64,000 bases of DNA from Centroscyllium fabricii (taxonomy: Eukaryota), in assembly GCA_051313645.2 (NCBI GenBank), contig JBNRSN020000017.1:1488001-1552000 (forward strand), read 5' to 3'. Positions 60,985 to 64,000 of this stretch are shown here, piece after piece. The position numbers and the translations under genes were made by a program. Under the pieces are notes generated by a model. It was not told the origin of the DNA, ran no database searches, and worked only from the letters and a program-made list of their open reading frames with translations. The number at the start of each line of letters is the position of its first letter. Position 1 is the stretch's first letter.

Positions 60985-62055
60985 CGAACTTCACAGCACA
61001 GAATGAGGCCATTCAGCCCATCGTGCCAGTGCCGGCTCTTCGGAAGAGTTCTCCAATTAGGCCCACTCCCCGCTCTTTCCCCTTTTCAAGGATTTATCCA
61101 AATCCCCTTTTGAAAGACTGCTTCCCCCCCCTTTCAGGCAGCACATTCCAGATCACAACTTGCTGCGTTTAAAAAAGAAAAAACATTCTCCCCATCTCCC
61201 CTCTGGCTCTTTTGCCAATTATCTTCACTCTGTCTCCTCTGGTTACCGACCCTTCGGCCACTGGAAACACTTTCTCCTTCTTTACTCTATAGAAACCCCT
61301 CATAATTTTCAACACCTCGATTAAATCTCCCCTTAACCTTCTCTGCTCTAAGGAGAACCACCCAAGCTTCTCCAGTCTCTCCACATCACTGAAGCCCCTC
61401 ATCCCTGGGACCATTCCAGTAAATCTCCTCTGCACCCTCTCCAAGGCCTCGACATCCTTCCTAAAGTGCGGAGCCCAGAATTGGCCACAATCCTCCAGCT
61501 GGGGCCTCACCAGTGTTTATAAAGGTTTAGCAGAATGTCCGAGCTATTGTATCTATTCCTCTATTTATAAAGCCCGGGATCCCGTGTGCTTTTTAACAGC
61601 CTTCTCACCTTGTCCCGTCACCTTCAATGATTTGTGTCCATCCACCCCCAGGTCTCTCGGTTCCTGCTCCCCCTTTACAATCCTACCCTTTAGTTTATAT
61701 TGTCTCTCCTCATTCTTCTGACCAGAATGTATCACTTCACACTTCTCTGTTAAATTTCATTGGCCGTGTGTCTGCCCATCTCACTGGTCTGTCTGTGTCC
61801 TCCTGAAGTCTGTTACTATCCTCTTCATTGTTTACTACATTTCCCAGTTTCGTATCATCTGCAAACTTTGAAATGATGCCCAGCACACCCAAGCCCAGGT
61901 CATTAATACACATCACAAAGAGCAGGGGTCCCAATACCGCCCCCTGAGAACACCACTGTACACCTCCCTCCAGTCTGAGAAACAACCCTTCACCACTACT
62001 CTCTGCTTTCTGTCCCTTAGCTAATCTCGTATCCACGCAACCACTGCCCCTTTAT
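60985..62055 (-). mobile_element. Older CR1 3' portion (RT and tail)
   Basis: ORFs 61169..61510 (RPQLEDCGQFWAPHFRKD) and 61737..62036 (SKFADDTKL). Tail at about 60990. Confidence 0.85.
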
Positions 62056-62056
62056 A

Positions 62057-62213
62057 ATTTACCCAGTATTGTGAGGATATTTATCCGGTGTTGAGGATAT
62101 TTACCCGGTAGTGTGAAGATATTTACAAGGTGCTGTGAGGATATTTACCCGGTATTGTGAGGATAATTACCCGGTATCGTGAGGATATTTTCCTGGTATC
62201 GTGAGAGCATTTA
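62057..62213. repeat. Degenerate 22-bp repeat (ATTTACCCGGTATTGTGAGGAT) x about 7
   Basis: Read directly. Confidence 0.85.
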
Positions 62214-62291
62214 CATAGAAACATAGAAAATAGGTGCAGGAGTAGACCATTCGGTCTGTCGAGCCTGCACCGCCATTCAATACGCTCATGG
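62213..62291 (-). mobile_element. CR1 3' tail fragment
   Basis: ACATAGAAACATAGAAAATAGGTGCAGGAGTAGACCATTCGG. Confidence 0.75.
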
Positions 62292-62292
62292 C

Positions 62293-64000
62293 AGAACACA
62301 GGAACACAGGAACTAGGAGCAGGAGTAGGCCAATCGGCCCCCCGAGCCCGCCCCCCCACCCATCAAGATCATTGCTGATCCTACCCTAACCTTCATACCA
62401 CTATCACCCTTCTCCCACCCAAAGAACCGTGTGATCTCCTGGGAGAGGCGAAAAACCGGATTAAAACCCTGGTCCAATTTGGGAAAAAAATCCGGGAAAT
62501 TCCTCTCCGACCCCAATCCAGGCGATCGAAACTTGTCCAGGAGATCACTCAGGTCTTACTATACTAACCATAACTCAGGTCCACTTCCCTGCCCGCTCCC
62601 CGTAACCCCTAATTCCCTTGTCTGCTAAAAAACAGTCTATTTCGGTTTTAAATTTATTTAATGTTCCCGCTTCCACAGCTCCCTGAGGCAGTGAATTCCA
62701 TAGATTAACCACCCTCTGGGTGAAGAAGTTTCTCCTCATCTCAGTTTTAAAAGAGCCCCCCCTTATTCTAAGACTATGCCCCCTAGTTCTAGTCTCCCCG
62801 ATCATTGGAAACATCCTCGGCGCATCCACCCGATCAAGGCCCCTCACGATCTTATACGTTTCAATAAGATCGCCTCTCATTCTTCTGAACTCTAAAGAGT
62901 AGAGTCCCAACCTACTTAACCTTTCCTCATATGTCAACCCCCTCATCGCTGGAATTAACCGTGTAAACCTTCTCTGCACTGCCTCCAAGGCAAGTACATC
63001 CTTTCTTAAGTATGGACACCAAAACTGTACACAGTATTCCAAATGCGGTCTCACCAATACTGTGTACAGCTGCAGCAAGACCTCCCTTCTTTTATACTCT
63101 ATCCCCCTAGCAATAAAGGCTAAGACTCCATTGGCCTTCCTAATCACTTGCTGCACCTGCATACTAACTTTTTGTGATTCATGCACTAATACCCCCAAGT
63201 CCCTTTGCGTTGTATTACCACGCAGCTCCTCCCCCTTTAGAAAATAACTTGCTCTATGATTTTTTTTTCCAAAATGTATAACCTCACATTTATCAGTATT
63301 AAATTTCATCTGCCAAATTGCTGCCCAATCACCTAGCTTATCTATGTCCTTTTGCAGGCTTTTTCTGTCCTCCTCACTCCCTGCTTTTCCTCCCATTTTT
63401 GTGTCATCTGCAAACTTTGATATATTACACTTGGTCCCCTCCTCCAAATCATTTATATAGATTGTAAACAGCTGGGGTCCCAGCACCGACCCCTGCGGAA
63501 CACCGCTAGTCACCGATTGCCATCCCGAGTATGAACCATTTATCCCCACTCTCTGCTTCCTGTTTGAAAGCCAATCCTCCACCCATGCTACTATATTTCC
63601 CCCAATCCCATAATTTTTTATTTTAAGCAATAGCCTCTTATGTGGCACCTTGTCAAAAGCCTTTTGGAAGTCCAAGTATACCACATCCACCGGTTCCCCT
63701 TTATCCACCCGAGATGTTACTTCCTCAAAGAATTCGAGCAAATTAGTTAAACATGACTTCCCCTTCGTAAAACCATGCTGAGTCTGTCCGATTAAGTTAT
63801 GTTTATCCAAATGCCCAGTCAGTGTTTCTTTAATAATGGTCTCTAACATTTTACCCACCACAGATGTTAGACTAACCGGTCTATAGTTACCAGCCTTCTG
63901 TCTACTTCCCTTTTTAAATATAGGTGTTACATTAGCCATTTTCCAATCCACCGGGACCCTTCCTGACTCCAGGGAGTTTTGGAAAATTATCACCAATGCA
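62293..64000 (-). mobile_element. Young CR1 LINE running off the window end
   Basis: Tail (GAACACAG)2, then a 3' UTR and an open RT ORF. Confidence 0.92.
62575..64000 (-). CDS. CR1 ORF2 reverse transcriptase, uninterrupted C-terminal >470 aa
   Basis: GNYRPVSLTS, QHGF, YLDFQKAFDKVPH, SGVPQGSVLGP and SKFADDTK, with no stops or frameshifts in the window. Confidence 0.92.
   Translation of the reverse strand, partial: ALVIIFQNSLESGRVPVDWKMANVTPIFKKGSRQKAGNYRPVSLTSVVGKMLETIIKETLTGHLDKHNLIGQTQHGFTKGKSCLTNLLEFFEEVTSRVDKGEPVDVVYLDFQKAFDKVPHKRLLLKIKNYGIGGNIVAWVEDWLSNRKQRVGINGSYSGWQSVTSGVPQGSVLGPQLFTIYINDLEEGTKCNISKFADDTKMGGKAGSEEDRKSLQKDIDKLGDWAAIWQMKFNTDKCEVIHFGKKNHRASYFLKGEELRGNTTQRDLGVLVHESQKVSMQVQQVIRKANGVLAFIARGIEYKRREVLLQLYTVLVRPHLEYCVQFWCPYLRKDVLALEAVQRRFTRLIPAMRGLTYEERLSRLGLYSLEFRRMRGDLIETYKIVRGLDRVDAPRMFPMIGETRTRGHSLRIRGGSFKTEMRRNFFTQRVVNLWNSLPQGAVEAGTLNKFKTEIDCFLADKGIRGYGERAGKWT

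Overview
Eukaryotic vertebrate DNA. The repeat families (CR1 LINEs with esterase ORF1, a Deu-type tRNA SINE, Penelope-like remnants) point to a cartilaginous fish (inference). The one clearly identifiable host gene is UTP6 (U3 snoRNA-associated protein 6, + strand). Its last six coding exons lie at 19854-25690, with canonical GT-AG sites, consistent phases and an intact stop. The upstream >19.8 kb intron is a nested stack of transposons: an old CR1/L2-group LINE split into 4 pieces by younger CR1s and a Rex1-like tail, a Rex1/Babar LINE inside one CR1, and a complete-structure Gypsy LTR element (LTRs, CATCA TSD, tRNA-Ser PBS, PPT) inside another. Two inverted Tigger/pogo-like TIR elements with different interiors bracket the UTP6 3' exons and are rich in NRF1/YY1-like motifs and hairpins. 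Downstream are a 26.4-kb 22-bp satellite with multi-level higher-order duplication, a degenerate coiled-coil-like coding remnant, a SINE expanded internally into a 3.6-kb 33-bp minisatellite, and a young CR1 with a structured 118-nt cassette in its 3' UTR. Most ORFs in the supplied track are TE fragments or repeat read-through artefacts. All coordinates were read by eye, and family names come from recalled motifs, not database searches.
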